NCBI GenBank assembly: GCA_963737905.1
Contig: CAVTUQ010000029.1
Coordinates: 45,223-109,222, forward strand
Length of the DNA: 64,000 nucleotides
Origin: an uncultured delta proteobacterium
GTDB taxonomy: Bacteria > Desulfobacterota > Binatia > UBA9968
Reading direction: 5' to 3'
The notes under the pieces were generated by a model. The model saw only the letters and a list, made by a program, of their open reading frames with translations. It had not been told where the DNA came from and did not search any database. This document shows, piece by piece, positions 29,068-38,801 of this stretch. The position numbers were made by a program, and so were the translations under genes. Positions within the stretch are counted from its first letter, which is position 1; every line of letters begins with the position of its first letter.

Positions 29068-30471
29068 CTACGAGGGCTCGGCCCTGTTTAAATTCGGGAC
29101 CAGCTCCTGAGGATCGAAGATGGTTCTCAAGTCGAGGAGGAAACGGTCGTCCTTGATTCTGCCGATGATCGGGGGATTTGCGTCTCGAAATTTCTTTCCG
29201 ATTGCCGCGGCGGTCAGCTTGGCGTGCCCGATGGCAATGACGACGGTGGGCAGTTCTTCCGTGGGCAAGGCGCCGCTGCCGATCTGAGAAGTGGAGTCTT
29301 CCAGCACAAGACGAAAGCCCTCTCCCAATACGGCTTGAAGCTTTGGCAACATAGCGTCGCCGAACTCGCGGATCTCATCAAGAGGACGGGTGAAGGCCCG
29401 CAAAGTTGGAATCGCCTGAGTGATGTCCGGCGATTGGCGGTAAAGTCTCAGAGTCGCCTCCAACGCGGCTAGAGTCAATTTGCCGCAACGCAAGGCTCGC
29501 TGCAGGTGATTCTTGTTGATTCGCTCGATCCACTCTCGGCGGCCGACCATCAGTCCCGCTTGCGGGCCGCCGAGAATCTTGTCACCGCTAAAGGTAACGA
29601 CGTCGGCGCCGGCGCGAATGCGTTCAGAGACGATCGGTTCTTTCGGCAGGCCATACCTGCTCAAATCGATCAACGCGCCGCTGCCCAGATCTTCCATTAC
29701 CGGAACGTTGTGCTTCTTACCGATGGCGACCAGCTGATCGAGAGTCACTTCGGAGGTGAAGCCCACGACTTTGTAGTTGCTCGCGTGCACTTTTAGCAAT
29801 AGCGCCGTCTGCTCATGAATTGCGTTTTCGTAGTCCGCCGGATGGGTGCGGTTGGTGCTGCCGACTTCTTTCAAAATCGCGCCGCTTTTAGCCATGACCT
29901 CGGGTATGCGAAAAGCGCCGCCGATTTCAATCAACTCGCCCCGGGAAACGATCACTTCCTTACCTTGGGCGAAGGTGTTCAACCCAAGGAGAACCGCCGC
30001 GGCATTGTTGTTGACCACGGTAGCGGCTTCCGCTCCGGTCAGATCCACAAGGAGTTGCTGGATCATTTCTTCACGCCGGCCGCGTTTGCCGGCCGCCAGA
30101 TCATACTCCAGGTTAATCGGGTAGCCGGCCACCGCCGTCATGGCATCGATCGCCGCTTGGGGCAGCAAGGCGCGACCTAAGTTGGTATGGAGGATCGTGC
30201 CGGTCGCGTTGACCACACGAACGTGACCCGGCACACTGTCGGCGCGGATGGCGGCCTCCAGTTTTTGGATGACCGCTTCATCGTCAAGGTCGCCGGGTGG
30301 AAGCCCCGCGTCTTGTCTGATTTCAGCCCGCAGCTGGTCGAGGACCTCGCGACATTTTTGCGTAACGTAATCACGATTGTAGCGAGTTAGGAGAGCTTCA
30401 CAGTGGCCATGCTTGAGAAGACGGTCGACAGATGGAATTTCGCGCAATAAATTTGTCACGGGTTCGGTCAT
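29068..30471 (-). CDS. selA: L-seryl-tRNA(Sec) selenium transferase
   Basis: VNATGTILHTNLGRA, VVNNNAAAV, SRGELIEIGGAFRIP, EDLGSG, FSGDKILGGPQAG. Confidence 0.97.
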   Translation of the reverse strand: MTEPVTNLLREIPSVDRLLKHGHCEALLTRYNRDYVTQKCREVLDQLRAEIRQDAGLPPGDLDDEAVIQKLEAAIRADSVPGHVRVVNATGTILHTNLGRALLPQAAIDAMTAVAGYPINLEYDLAAGKRGRREEMIQQLLVDLTGAEAATVVNNNAAAVLLGLNTFAQGKEVIVSRGELIEIGGAFRIPEVMAKSGAILKEVGSTNRTHPADYENAIHEQTALLLKVHASNYKVVGFTSEVTLDQLVAIGKKHNVPVMEDLGSGALIDLSRYGLPKEPIVSERIRAGADVVTFSGDKILGGPQAGLMVGRREWIERINKNHLQRALRCGKLTLAALEATLRLYRQSPDITQAIPTLRAFTRPLDEIREFGDAMLPKLQAVLGEGFRLVLEDSTSQIGSGALPTEELPTVVIAIGHAKLTAAAIGKKFRDANPPIIGRIKDDRFLLDLRTIFDPQELVPNLNRAEPS

Positions 30472-30560
30472 AAGTTAAATCAAACTTGCACAAGCAACGG
30501 GTGAATTCAACACGAGGGAAAGCGACCCTGGCGACCGTCTGAGCTTCAGCAACGTGTAAG

Positions 30561-30589
30561 TTGACAAGGGGGAGTGGCTAAACTACAGT
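30561..30589 (+). promoter_or_regulatory. Sigma70-like promoter
   Basis: TTGACA-17 bp-TACAGT, 45 bp before the ATG at 30635. Confidence 0.55.
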
Positions 30590-30634
30590 CCGTCCAACGC
30601 GTGTTCAGGCACCGCATGACAAGGAGGGAAATCA

Positions 30635-31612
30635 ATGCGGAGAACAGAACTCTGGACTTCGTTAGCTCTTGTCGGATTTCTATTCATAACCTCTTCGTTG
30701 GCAGCTCAAGAGGGGCTGAGAAAGGTGAGAATCGCCTATCCCAGCAATACGATTTGTTGTCTCCCTTTGTTTGGCGCACTCACTTGGAAGGTCTTCGAGG
30801 CGAACGGCCTGCAAGCGGAAATCATTCAGGTCAGGTCTCAGCTCGCCTACCCGGCAATGAGCAGCGGTGAGGTGCCCTATGTCGCCGGGGTGGGTCCTGC
30901 ATCCATAAGCGCGACCCTGAGAGGGATGCAGTCCAAGGCGGTTTGGTTCGCCACCGAAGAGTTGATCTATTCGGTAATCGCCCGCCCCGAGTTTCAAAAT
31001 ATAAAGGACCTCAGAAACAAGAAAATCGCCCTGACGGGCCTCGGCGGAACTTCACATGTCGCCCTGCAAATCTCCCTGGAGGCCGTGGGTGAAAACCCAA
31101 AAAACTTCGTCTACATCGGCATGGGCGGCGCGCAGTTATTGGCGGCATTGGAGAGTGGCACGGTGGAAGCTGCGCTGCTCAGTCCTCCGATGTTATACTT
31201 CGCGAAGAAAAAGGGGTTTAGAGAATTGCTCGACGTCGGCTCACGAGCTAAAATGCCGCTCGGCGGACTTACGGTGATGAATTCGACGATACGGAACCGG
31301 GGCGACGAGCTGAAAAGGGTGATTAAATCCATGCAGGCGGCGAAGCAGGAAATTCTCAGGTCGAAAGAAAAAAGCGTGGCGATGATCGCAAGCTTTCTAC
31401 AGGTGGATCGAGACGTGGCGGAAGATACCTACCCGATCTACCGAAAAACGGTCAGTGGCAACGGCGTGCCGACGCACGAGGGTATAGACCAGATCATAAA
31501 GTCGCTCCAGGCCGCGGGCCAATTCACGGATCGAAAGGTAACGTTTGATGAGGTCGCCGACGACCGCATCGCTAAAGAGGTTGCGAGGGAGCTTGGATAC
31601 AAAATCCAATAA
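30635..31612 (+). CDS. NitT/TauT-type solute-binding protein
   Basis: RBS AAGGAGG; signal peptide; KVRIAYP, KDLRNKKIALTGLGGTS; paralogue of 58380. Confidence 0.9.
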   Translation: MRRTELWTSLALVGFLFITSSLAAQEGLRKVRIAYPSNTICCLPLFGALTWKVFEANGLQAEIIQVRSQLAYPAMSSGEVPYVAGVGPASISATLRGMQSKAVWFATEELIYSVIARPEFQNIKDLRNKKIALTGLGGTSHVALQISLEAVGENPKNFVYIGMGGAQLLAALESGTVEAALLSPPMLYFAKKKGFRELLDVGSRAKMPLGGLTVMNSTIRNRGDELKRVIKSMQAAKQEILRSKEKSVAMIASFLQVDRDVAEDTYPIYRKTVSGNGVPTHEGIDQIIKSLQAAGQFTDRKVTFDEVADDRIAKEVARELGYKIQ

Positions 31613-31628
31613 TATGCTTCTTCGAGAT

Positions 31629-31812
31629 CCCCACCCTTTCCTCTCCCAGAGCGCGAGGGAAATCGAATAGGGATTGCATTGAGAACGCGATTGTCGTTTT
31701 AATGGGCAAACGTCAGTAATCCAAACGCCGGAAATTTCTACATCCATTTCATGTTGTTTTCGTTTTCTTTTAGTCTCACCCTCTCCGTTGATGGGAGAGG
31801 GAAGGGTGGGGG
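31629..31812. repeat. Pair of CCCTCTCCC/GGGAGAGGG REP-like hairpins in inverted orientation
   Basis: ccccaccctttcctctccc...gaggg and ccctctccgttgatgggagagggaagggtggggg. Confidence 0.65.
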
Positions 31813-31836
31813 TCAAGCGTTAGGGGAAATCGCGTG

Positions 31837-32190
31837 ATGAGTGAACCAACAAACGCCAATATTCGTGATGCCAGGCGGGCGGTCATCGAGCTGCTGCGCA
31901 ATCGAGCGAAAAAGGCGCGCTTCACGACCGAGTTGGCAGTGTCACTGCAGCGCGCAAGAATCGGTAAGGAAGAAATGGAACAAGCGCTAGCCGAGCTCCA
32001 AGCGGACGGCGTAGTGATGATCCGTGATAACTTTTGCGCCGATCCCCATCTGGCCAGCGTCGATCTCCGCGTGGTCGCGCTGGTCGAAAGTATCAATGGT
32101 GTGGATCCGCAACTCAGTGCGATTCGAGCAATCGATGACGCCTGGGACAAGTGGTTGGCTGAATATTTAGCGAATCACAGGTGCGGATAG
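31837..32190 (+). CDS. Hypothetical protein (117 aa)
   Basis: Purine-rich RBS, natural composition, fills the gap; ends WLAEYLANHRCG; no family recognised. Confidence 0.65.
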   Translation: MSEPTNANIRDARRAVIELLRNRAKKARFTTELAVSLQRARIGKEEMEQALAELQADGVVMIRDNFCADPHLASVDLRVVALVESINGVDPQLSAIRAIDDAWDKWLAEYLANHRCG

Positions 32191-32208
32191 CGCGGCAGGC
32201 GCTCGCTG

Positions 32209-32243
32209 CGTTCAAACAGTTCAAAGCGTTCAAAACGTTCAAG
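32209..32243 (+). repeat. 9-bp-period repeat (CGTTCAAnn)
   Basis: cgttcaaacagttcaaagcgttcaaaacgttcaag. Confidence 0.75.
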
Positions 32244-32275
32244 CCGTCCGAGCAGATCTATTGTTAAGGTAAGGA

Positions 32276-33266
32276 ATGAGATAAGAAGAAAAAATTTATT
32301 TGCTTCGCGCTCGCCGTTGGGCTCTTGGCGATCAGCTTTTCGGTCGCGGCGCAGCAACTCGGGAAGATTGCGCGGATAGGCATTCTGCATCCTGAGCGAT
32401 CTGGTGATGCAGGGGTTGAGGTCCTGATCGAGGCATTTCGCACAGGCCTTCGTAAGCTTGGCTACATTGAAGGAAAGAACATTGTTCTTGAACACCGATT
32501 CGCTGAGGGAAAGCTGGATCGGCTCCCCGACCTCATGGCCGACTTGGTCCGCCTTAAACCTGATGTCATTTTTGCGCTGAACACCCCAGCAGCTCGCGCC
32601 GCCAAGAACGGAACAAAGACAATCCCTGTCGTATTTGTCTGGGTTGCCGATCCACTAGACCTTGTCGTTAGCCTCGCGCGGCCGGGCGGGAATGTTACGG
32701 GGCTCACCACTGTTACCGCTGATCTCAGCGGTAAACGGCTGGAGGTGCTCAAGGAGGCGCTTCCCGGCGTCTCTCGAGTGGGCGTGCTCTTGCATTCGGA
32801 TAATCCCATCCCCGTACGGCTCTTCAAAGATATGGAGAATGCAAGCCCACAGTTCGGTATCCGGCTTCACGCCCTGGGTGTCCGAGATCCAGACGACCTC
32901 CAGAAGGCCTTTGAAGCCGTTGCCAAGGAGCATATAGGCGCGCTTTTTGTGATCGAAGAAGCCGTGATCGCTTCCTACCGGAAACGCGTCCTGGAACTGG
33001 CGGCAAAGCATCGGCTGCCGACGGCGTCCCTTTACAAAGAATTTGCAGAGGCCGGGGGTCTGCTCACCTACGGAGCCGACCTACCTGATCTGTTTCGCCG
33101 TGCTGCCACCTATATCGATAAAATTCTCAAAGGTACGAAACCTGCTGATCTGCCGGTTGAGCAGCCGACAAAGTTTGAGTTCGTGATCAACCTGAAAACC
33201 GCCAAGCAGATTGGTCTGACGATTCCGCCGAATGTGCTGGCAAGAGCGGATCGGGTGATCCAGTGA
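32276..33266 (+). CDS. ABC_sub_bind (PF04392-like) solute-binding protein; start region apparently out of frame
   Basis: [65 protein letters not shown]; leader DKKKKFICFALAVGLL is in frame but ATG 32276 is not. Confidence 0.85.
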
Positions 33267-33291
33267 AGCAACAGACCGCGGCTATGCCGCG

Positions 33292-33419
33292 CGTTCAAAC
33301 AGTTCAAAGAGTTCAAGACGTTCAATTCGTCAGACGAGTGTAAGATGCGTTCAACCCACCAGCCGGACCGAATTTATCAAACGGCTTGAACGTTTTGAAC
33401 GACTGGAACGGTTTGAACC
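33292..33419. repeat. Inverted 9-bp-period repeat
   Basis: cgttcaaacagttcaaagagttcaagacgttcaa ... cttgaacgttttgaacgactggaacggtttgaacc. Confidence 0.8.
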
Positions 33420-33457
33420 GGTGAGGTGGGGCGGAAAAGCAAAGGAGGGGTAAAGCT

Positions 33458-35515
33458 TTGAGAGTAGCGGTTGACATCGGCGGCACGTTCACGGACGTCG
33501 TGGTTTTTGACGAAGCGATGAGTTCACTGGCACTGGCGAAAGCGCTCTCTACGCCGGCGGAGCTGGCGCGAGGGGTCGAGGAGGGCTTAAACAAGGCGAG
33601 CGTGCCGCTGGACCAAGTCCTATCCTTGATCCACGGCTCGACCATCGTGGTGAATGCGATCATTGAGCGCCAGGGCGGTAAGACGGCCTTGATTACCACC
33701 AAAGGATTTCGTGACGTTTACGAGATCGGCCGGATCAATCGCCCGGAATCTTTCAACCCGCGCTTCCGTAAGCACCGGCCTCTGGTGCCGCGGGAGAATA
33801 TCTTCGAGGTCACCGAGCGGATGCTCGCCGACGGCTCCGTGCGCACGCCGTTCGACGAGCAAGAGGCGCGCGAGGTGGCGCGGATCATAAAAGAAGAAGG
33901 TTTTGAGGCGGTGGCCGTGCTGTTTCTCCATTCTTACCGCGCTCCCGAACATGAAATCCGCATGTGCGATATACTGCGCGAAACGAATCCAAGCCTGTTT
34001 GTCAGCGCTTCCCATGAGCTATCCCGGGAATACCGCGAATACGAACGCACCTCCACTGTGGCCGCCAACGCCTATGTTGGTCCGAGGGTGAGTCAATACT
34101 TGAGCGACCTCGAACGGCGCCTGCGAAGCAACAAATTCGCTGGCAATCTTCTGATCATGCAGTCCAACGGGGGTCTCTCCGACGTGGAGCTGGCACGACG
34201 GCAGTGCGTGCAAATGATGGAATCGGGACCTGCGGGAGGCGTCGTCGGCACCATGGCCTTGTGCGAATTGCTCGATCTCGAAGCCGCCATCGCTTTCGAC
34301 ATGGGTGGAACAACGGCGAAGGCCAGCGTCATCCGGCGCGGCGAGCCGAGTCTCTCGCCCGATTATTTTATCGGCGGCTACAATGAGGGACTCGCCATCC
34401 GCATTCCCGTCCTCGACATCGTCGAGGTGGGAACCGGCGGTGGCAGTATCGCCTGGCTCGACGAAGGCGGCGGGTTGCACGTCGGCCCGAAGAGCGCTGG
34501 CGCCGAACCGGGGCCGGCGAGTTACGGCCGGGGCGGAACCGAGCCGACGGTCACCGACGCGAACGTTATCCTCGGCCGTCTTTCACCTGAACGTTTTCTT
34601 GGCGGTGAGATGCGCCTTGATCGTAGTGCGGCGGAAAACGCTTTGCGCGGACGGCTTGGCCAGCCACTGGGTGTGTCCCTCGAGCGCGCGGCCTCAGGAA
34701 TGCTTCAGGTTGCCACCTCGGCAATGGCCAACGCGGTGCGTCACGTCACCCTCGAGCGCGGTCTCGACCCGCGCGACTTCACGCTGGTTGCCTACGGCGG
34801 CGGCGGGCCGCTGCATGCAGCGTCTGTAGCCAAAGAGCTTGCCATTCATACGATTATTATCCCCCACGCGCCAGGCCACTTTTCGGCGCTCGGCATGCTG
34901 ATGGCCGATTTGCGCCGCGATTACGTGCAAACCTTATTCGAGCGCATGGATGATCTGGAGATGTTCGAGCTGGAGGATCAATTTAAAAATCTCGAGGCCG
35001 AGGGCCGCCGCGCGCTTGAAGCATCGGGGATCCCGACGGACCGGATCGTTTTCGAGCGCGCCGCTGATATGCGCTATGTCGGCCAGGAGCATGCGGTCGC
35101 TGTGCGCATGCCGGCCAATGTAGGAGATGAAAATGCGCGAGCAGAGATCAAGCGACTGTTCGACCAGGCCCACGACCTGCGCTACAGCCACAGCGCGCCC
35201 GAGGAGTCTGCTGACATTGTCAGTTTGCGTGTATCGGCGATCGGACGCCTAGGAAAGCCGCAGTTCCCGAAGATTCCTCAGGGCGACGCGACTCCTCTGG
35301 CCGCAGCCCGCCGTGGCACGCGGTCGGTGATCTTCGAAGGATCGGGGTCACTCGAAGCGGTGGTGTTTGACCGCACGAAGCTGCTGCACGGGAATGTGAT
35401 CACCGGGCCTGCCATCATCGAAGAGGTTGCTTCCACCACCGTGGTGGAGCCCGGCGACACGGTCACGGTCAATGCCTTCGGACATCTCATTATGAACTTA
35501 GGAGTCGCACCGTGA
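33458..35515 (+). CDS. Hydantoinase A/oxoprolinase family subunit (ATP-dependent)
   Basis: VDIGGTFTD, EYREYERTST, ESGPAGG, DMGGTT, GTGGGSIA, SAGAEPGP, PTVTDAN, YGGGGPLHA. Confidence 0.95.
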   Translation: MRVAVDIGGTFTDVVVFDEAMSSLALAKALSTPAELARGVEEGLNKASVPLDQVLSLIHGSTIVVNAIIERQGGKTALITTKGFRDVYEIGRINRPESFNPRFRKHRPLVPRENIFEVTERMLADGSVRTPFDEQEAREVARIIKEEGFEAVAVLFLHSYRAPEHEIRMCDILRETNPSLFVSASHELSREYREYERTSTVAANAYVGPRVSQYLSDLERRLRSNKFAGNLLIMQSNGGLSDVELARRQCVQMMESGPAGGVVGTMALCELLDLEAAIAFDMGGTTAKASVIRRGEPSLSPDYFIGGYNEGLAIRIPVLDIVEVGTGGGSIAWLDEGGGLHVGPKSAGAEPGPASYGRGGTEPTVTDANVILGRLSPERFLGGEMRLDRSAAENALRGRLGQPLGVSLERAASGMLQVATSAMANAVRHVTLERGLDPRDFTLVAYGGGGPLHAASVAKELAIHTIIIPHAPGHFSALGMLMADLRRDYVQTLFERMDDLEMFELEDQFKNLEAEGRRALEASGIPTDRIVFERAADMRYVGQEHAVAVRMPANVGDENARAEIKRLFDQAHDLRYSHSAPEESADIVSLRVSAIGRLGKPQFPKIPQGDATPLAAARRGTRSVIFEGSGSLEAVVFDRTKLLHGNVITGPAIIEEVASTTVVEPGDTVTVNAFGHLIMNLGVAP

Positions 35516-35527
35516 TGGATCTTACGA

Positions 35528-35601
35528 CTTGAACGTCTTGAACGGTTTGAACTATTTGAACAAACTCGTTCCAGTCGTTCCAGACGTTCAAATCGTTCAA
35601 G
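35528..35601. repeat. Inverted 9-bp-period repeat between hydantoinase subunits
   Basis: cttgaacgtcttgaacggtttgaactatttgaac ... cgttccagtcgttccagacgttcaaatcgttcaag. Confidence 0.8.
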
Positions 35602-35614
35602 ACGTGGGGAAACA

Positions 35615-37375
35615 ATGCGAGAGCCCAGCGAGACAAAAATGAGTAGCGTCGACGCATTTACCGCCGAGGTCATTCGCAGCGCTGTGGTCGCCATCACCGG
35701 TGAGATGAAGACCAACCTGATGCGCACGGCCTATCACACGATTATTTACGAAGCGGAGGATTTCACCGTCGGGCTGTTCGACTCCGACGGCAACACGATC
35801 TCCATCGGCTTGGGTCTACCGATGTTCATCCGCGGCCTGTCGGACTCGATCAAGGCGAAAATCGAATTCTGGGGCAAGGAAAACATCGAGCCGGGTGACA
35901 TTTTGCTCACCAATGACAGTTACACCATGGGGAGCCATCTCAATCACTTGATTTTTACCCTGCCTATTTTCAACGAGGGCGAGCTGGTCGCGTTTTCCTG
36001 CTCGATGGCCCACTGGCAGGATATCGGCGGGCAGCTCGGCGGCGTGACCCGGGATATTTTTTCCGAGGGGCTGCAGATTCCCTTTGTAAAAATCTTCCGC
36101 GCCGGCAAGGAAAATCCCGAGATCACCTCGATCATCCGTGCCAACGTGCGCGTCCCGGAGCGCGCGATGGGAGACATGCGCGCCCAGCTCGCCTCGATCC
36201 GCACCGGCGAGCGGCGGCTCTTACAATTGCTCAAGCGCTACGGCAACCAGGCGTTCAAAGAGAGCATCCACCTGGTTTATGAGCAGAGCGAGAAACTGGC
36301 GCGCGCCGCAGTCCGCCAGATCCCCGACGGCGTTTACGAAGCGGAGTCGTTCATGGACGACGACGGTGTCAATCTCGACAAGCCGATTCCGATCAAGGTC
36401 CGCGTCGAAGTTTGCGGCGACGAGATGACCATCGACCTGAGCGGCGTCAGCCCTCAGGTGGCGGGATTTTATAATTCCGGACCCACCGCTGGACGGTCCG
36501 CCGCCGAGGTGGTTTTCAAATGCGTTACCGCGCCGCTATTGTTGCCGATCAACGAAGGATCGTTCCGGCCGCTGAAAATCATTCTGCCGCCGGGCCGTGT
36601 GGTGAGCGCGACGAAGCCGGCACCGGTGCGCGTCTGGATGACCGTGCCCATGACCGTCTGCGACACGCTCTTTAGAGCTTTGGCTCCGGCGTGCCCCGAA
36701 CGCACCATCGCCGGGCACTACGCCGACCTCTGCACTGTTAACCCGCATGGCTTCGACGCCGAGACCGGACGGTTTTTCTGGTCGCATATCGGCCACCCGG
36801 GCGGAGGTTGGGGCGCGAAGCACGACGAGGATGGGATGAACGCGACGGTGTGCCTCAACGACGGCGACACGCATAACGCCCCCGTGGAAGCGACCGAGGC
36901 GAAAAACCCCATCATTGTCGAACACCGCGCGCTGCGCCCGGACTCCGGCGGCGCGGGAAAATTTCGCGGCGGCCTGGGAGTATCCAACGAAGTGCGCATG
37001 CGCCGGCCGGCGACCATCCACGCGCATGTGGAGCGAACGATCTGCGCTCCGTGGGGGCTCCACGGCGGCAAAGACGCGCTGGCCAACCGGATTTTTATCA
37101 CGCGCGAAGACGGCAAGGTTAAACGATTCCCGACGGGTAAAATCAATCCCACCGAAATCGACCAGGGCGATGGCTTTACGGTAGAGACCGCCGGCGGCGG
37201 GGGATTCTGGAGTCCGCTGGAACGTCCCGCGGAGCGGGTGCTTGCCGACGTGTGTTCTGGTTACGTCTCACTGGAAGCGGCGCGCCGGGATTACGGTGTC
37301 ATCATTCACCAGCAAGGACGCCGCTTCGAGCTCGACGTGGAAGCGACAGCGGCGCTGCGGCGAGATCGCAACTGA
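35615..37375 (+). CDS. Hydantoinase B/oxoprolinase family subunit
   Basis: PGDILLTND, GSHLNH, AHWQDIGG, SEGLQIP, GDMRAQ, DSGGAGKFRGGLG, TAGGGGF. Confidence 0.95.
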   Translation: MREPSETKMSSVDAFTAEVIRSAVVAITGEMKTNLMRTAYHTIIYEAEDFTVGLFDSDGNTISIGLGLPMFIRGLSDSIKAKIEFWGKENIEPGDILLTNDSYTMGSHLNHLIFTLPIFNEGELVAFSCSMAHWQDIGGQLGGVTRDIFSEGLQIPFVKIFRAGKENPEITSIIRANVRVPERAMGDMRAQLASIRTGERRLLQLLKRYGNQAFKESIHLVYEQSEKLARAAVRQIPDGVYEAESFMDDDGVNLDKPIPIKVRVEVCGDEMTIDLSGVSPQVAGFYNSGPTAGRSAAEVVFKCVTAPLLLPINEGSFRPLKIILPPGRVVSATKPAPVRVWMTVPMTVCDTLFRALAPACPERTIAGHYADLCTVNPHGFDAETGRFFWSHIGHPGGGWGAKHDEDGMNATVCLNDGDTHNAPVEATEAKNPIIVEHRALRPDSGGAGKFRGGLGVSNEVRMRRPATIHAHVERTICAPWGLHGGKDALANRIFITREDGKVKRFPTGKINPTEIDQGDGFTVETAGGGGFWSPLERPAERVLADVCSGYVSLEAARRDYGVIIHQQGRRFELDVEATAALRRDRN

Positions 37376-37391
37376 AAGAAACCAGAATTTC

Positions 37392-37550
37392 AGCCGCAAA
37401 GGACGCAAAGGTCACAAAAATAAATTGACCACGGAGGGGACGAAGAGCACGAAGTTTAAGATTACATCTGTTCCAAACTTTTCTTTGTGTTCTATGTGCC
37501 CTTTGCGGTTAAATCTCTTCTTTTCTTGGCGCTCTTTGCGCCTTTGCGCG
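37392..37550. repeat. Compound CGCAAAG/CACGAAG 9-bp-period inverted repeat
   Basis: agccgcaaaggacgcaaaggtcacaaaa ... tttgtgttctatgtgccctttgcggtt ... cttggcgctctttgcgcctttgcgcg. Confidence 0.7.
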
Positions 37551-37564
37551 AGAAGAGGTGATTT

Positions 37565-38419
37565 ATGAAACAGCTAACAGCTAACGTGTTTGTGGAGACC
37601 GGACTCAAGGGCGCCAATCACGGCCTCGTGATGACTTCAGATGGCATTGTCTTGATCGACACGCCGCACAAGCCGAGCGATGCCGTGCGCCTCAGAGGAG
37701 AGATCGAGCGGCGCGGCCGGCTCCGCTACATCATCAACACCGAGCCTCACGGTGATCACTGGACTGGCAACGCGTTTTTCAACGTTCCTGTGGTTGCGCA
37801 CGAAGGCGTGCGGTCCCGAATTCTGGGGACTGATCTGGCCGCGCATATTGCCCGCGTGGCATCGTTCGGACCCGACGAGCCGAAACTTCTGGAAAACTAC
37901 AAACCCAATGCGCCGGTGATCACGTTTCAGAGCGAAATGACCTTGCACGTGGGCAATCACACGTTCCATATGATTCACATGCCCGGCCACACGCCGTACC
38001 AAGCAGCAGTGATCGTGCTGGAAGAGGGCATCGTCTTCACCAGCGACAACATCTTCTGCAAAGTACAGACCTGGCTCCAAGAAGCTAACCCGGACCATTG
38101 GCTGAAAGCGCTCGAATCGCTGCGAGCGCTGCGCGAGGAGACTTTTGTCCCCGGTCATGGACCGGTGTGCGATAAGAAATATCTGGACGAACAAGGCTCG
38201 TTCATTCGCGAATGGGTAGATTATGTGCGCGGCGGGATCGAACGCGGGATGACCAAAGAAGAGTCCGTCGCCAACCTGACGGCGATGACGGACAGGTATC
38301 CAATGGATGTCGGTCAAGACGGCATGTCACCCCACGTGATGCGTCTGAACGTCGCCAATCTTTACGACTACCTGACCGGTGCGGGGATCCACAAACGGGA
38401 CAATAAGGGTGGGCAGTAA
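37565..38419 (+). CDS. Metallo-beta-lactamase-fold hydrolase (cyclase-like)
   Basis: LIDTP, NTEPHGDH, PGHTP, FTSDN, VPGHG; RBS GAGGTG. Confidence 0.9.
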   Translation: MKQLTANVFVETGLKGANHGLVMTSDGIVLIDTPHKPSDAVRLRGEIERRGRLRYIINTEPHGDHWTGNAFFNVPVVAHEGVRSRILGTDLAAHIARVASFGPDEPKLLENYKPNAPVITFQSEMTLHVGNHTFHMIHMPGHTPYQAAVIVLEEGIVFTSDNIFCKVQTWLQEANPDHWLKALESLRALREETFVPGHGPVCDKKYLDEQGSFIREWVDYVRGGIERGMTKEESVANLTAMTDRYPMDVGQDGMSPHVMRLNVANLYDYLTGAGIHKRDNKGGQ

Positions 38420-38455
38420 GCAGAGAGCGGTTAGCGGTAAAAAGGGAGACGACCT

Positions 38456-38746
38456 ATGAGTAAGAGAACGATTTGCCTTGCTCTAAGCGCTTTGCTCTTT
38501 GCACTTTGCTCGTCCGTCGAGGCACAGCAACCAGCGAACGTTCCGCGCATAGGCTTCATCAGTGCTACACCGATTTCCGCTATCCAGGCCCGCATCGAGG
38601 CATTCCGGCAGGGATTGCTCCAGGTCGGGTACCAGCAGGGGAAAAATATCTTCATCGAATATCGAGATGGTGAAGGAAAACCGGATCATATCCCGGTACT
38701 CGCGGCCGAGTTGGTGCGTCTCAAGGTAGACGTTATCGCCAGTTAA
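38456..38746 (+). pseudogene. ABC_sub_bind array unit 1: 3'-truncated
   Basis: Signal peptide-AQQP-RIGF...AAELVRLKVDVI, then a stop inside a CAGTTAA heptamer repeat. Confidence 0.85.
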
Positions 38747-38801
38747 CACTGGACAATGGCCGGTTATCAGTTGGAAGAATAAGAGGAGTGAAAATGATGA
38801 A

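Noticed and set aside
26756-30634. selC (tRNA-Sec) near the sel operon
   Set aside because: No cloverleaf with a UCA anticodon was recognised in the intergenic regions.
26857-35601. GTTCAA/TTGAAC repeats as a CRISPR array
   Set aside because: Units are 7-9 bp and contiguous, with no unique 30-40 bp spacers and no cas genes.
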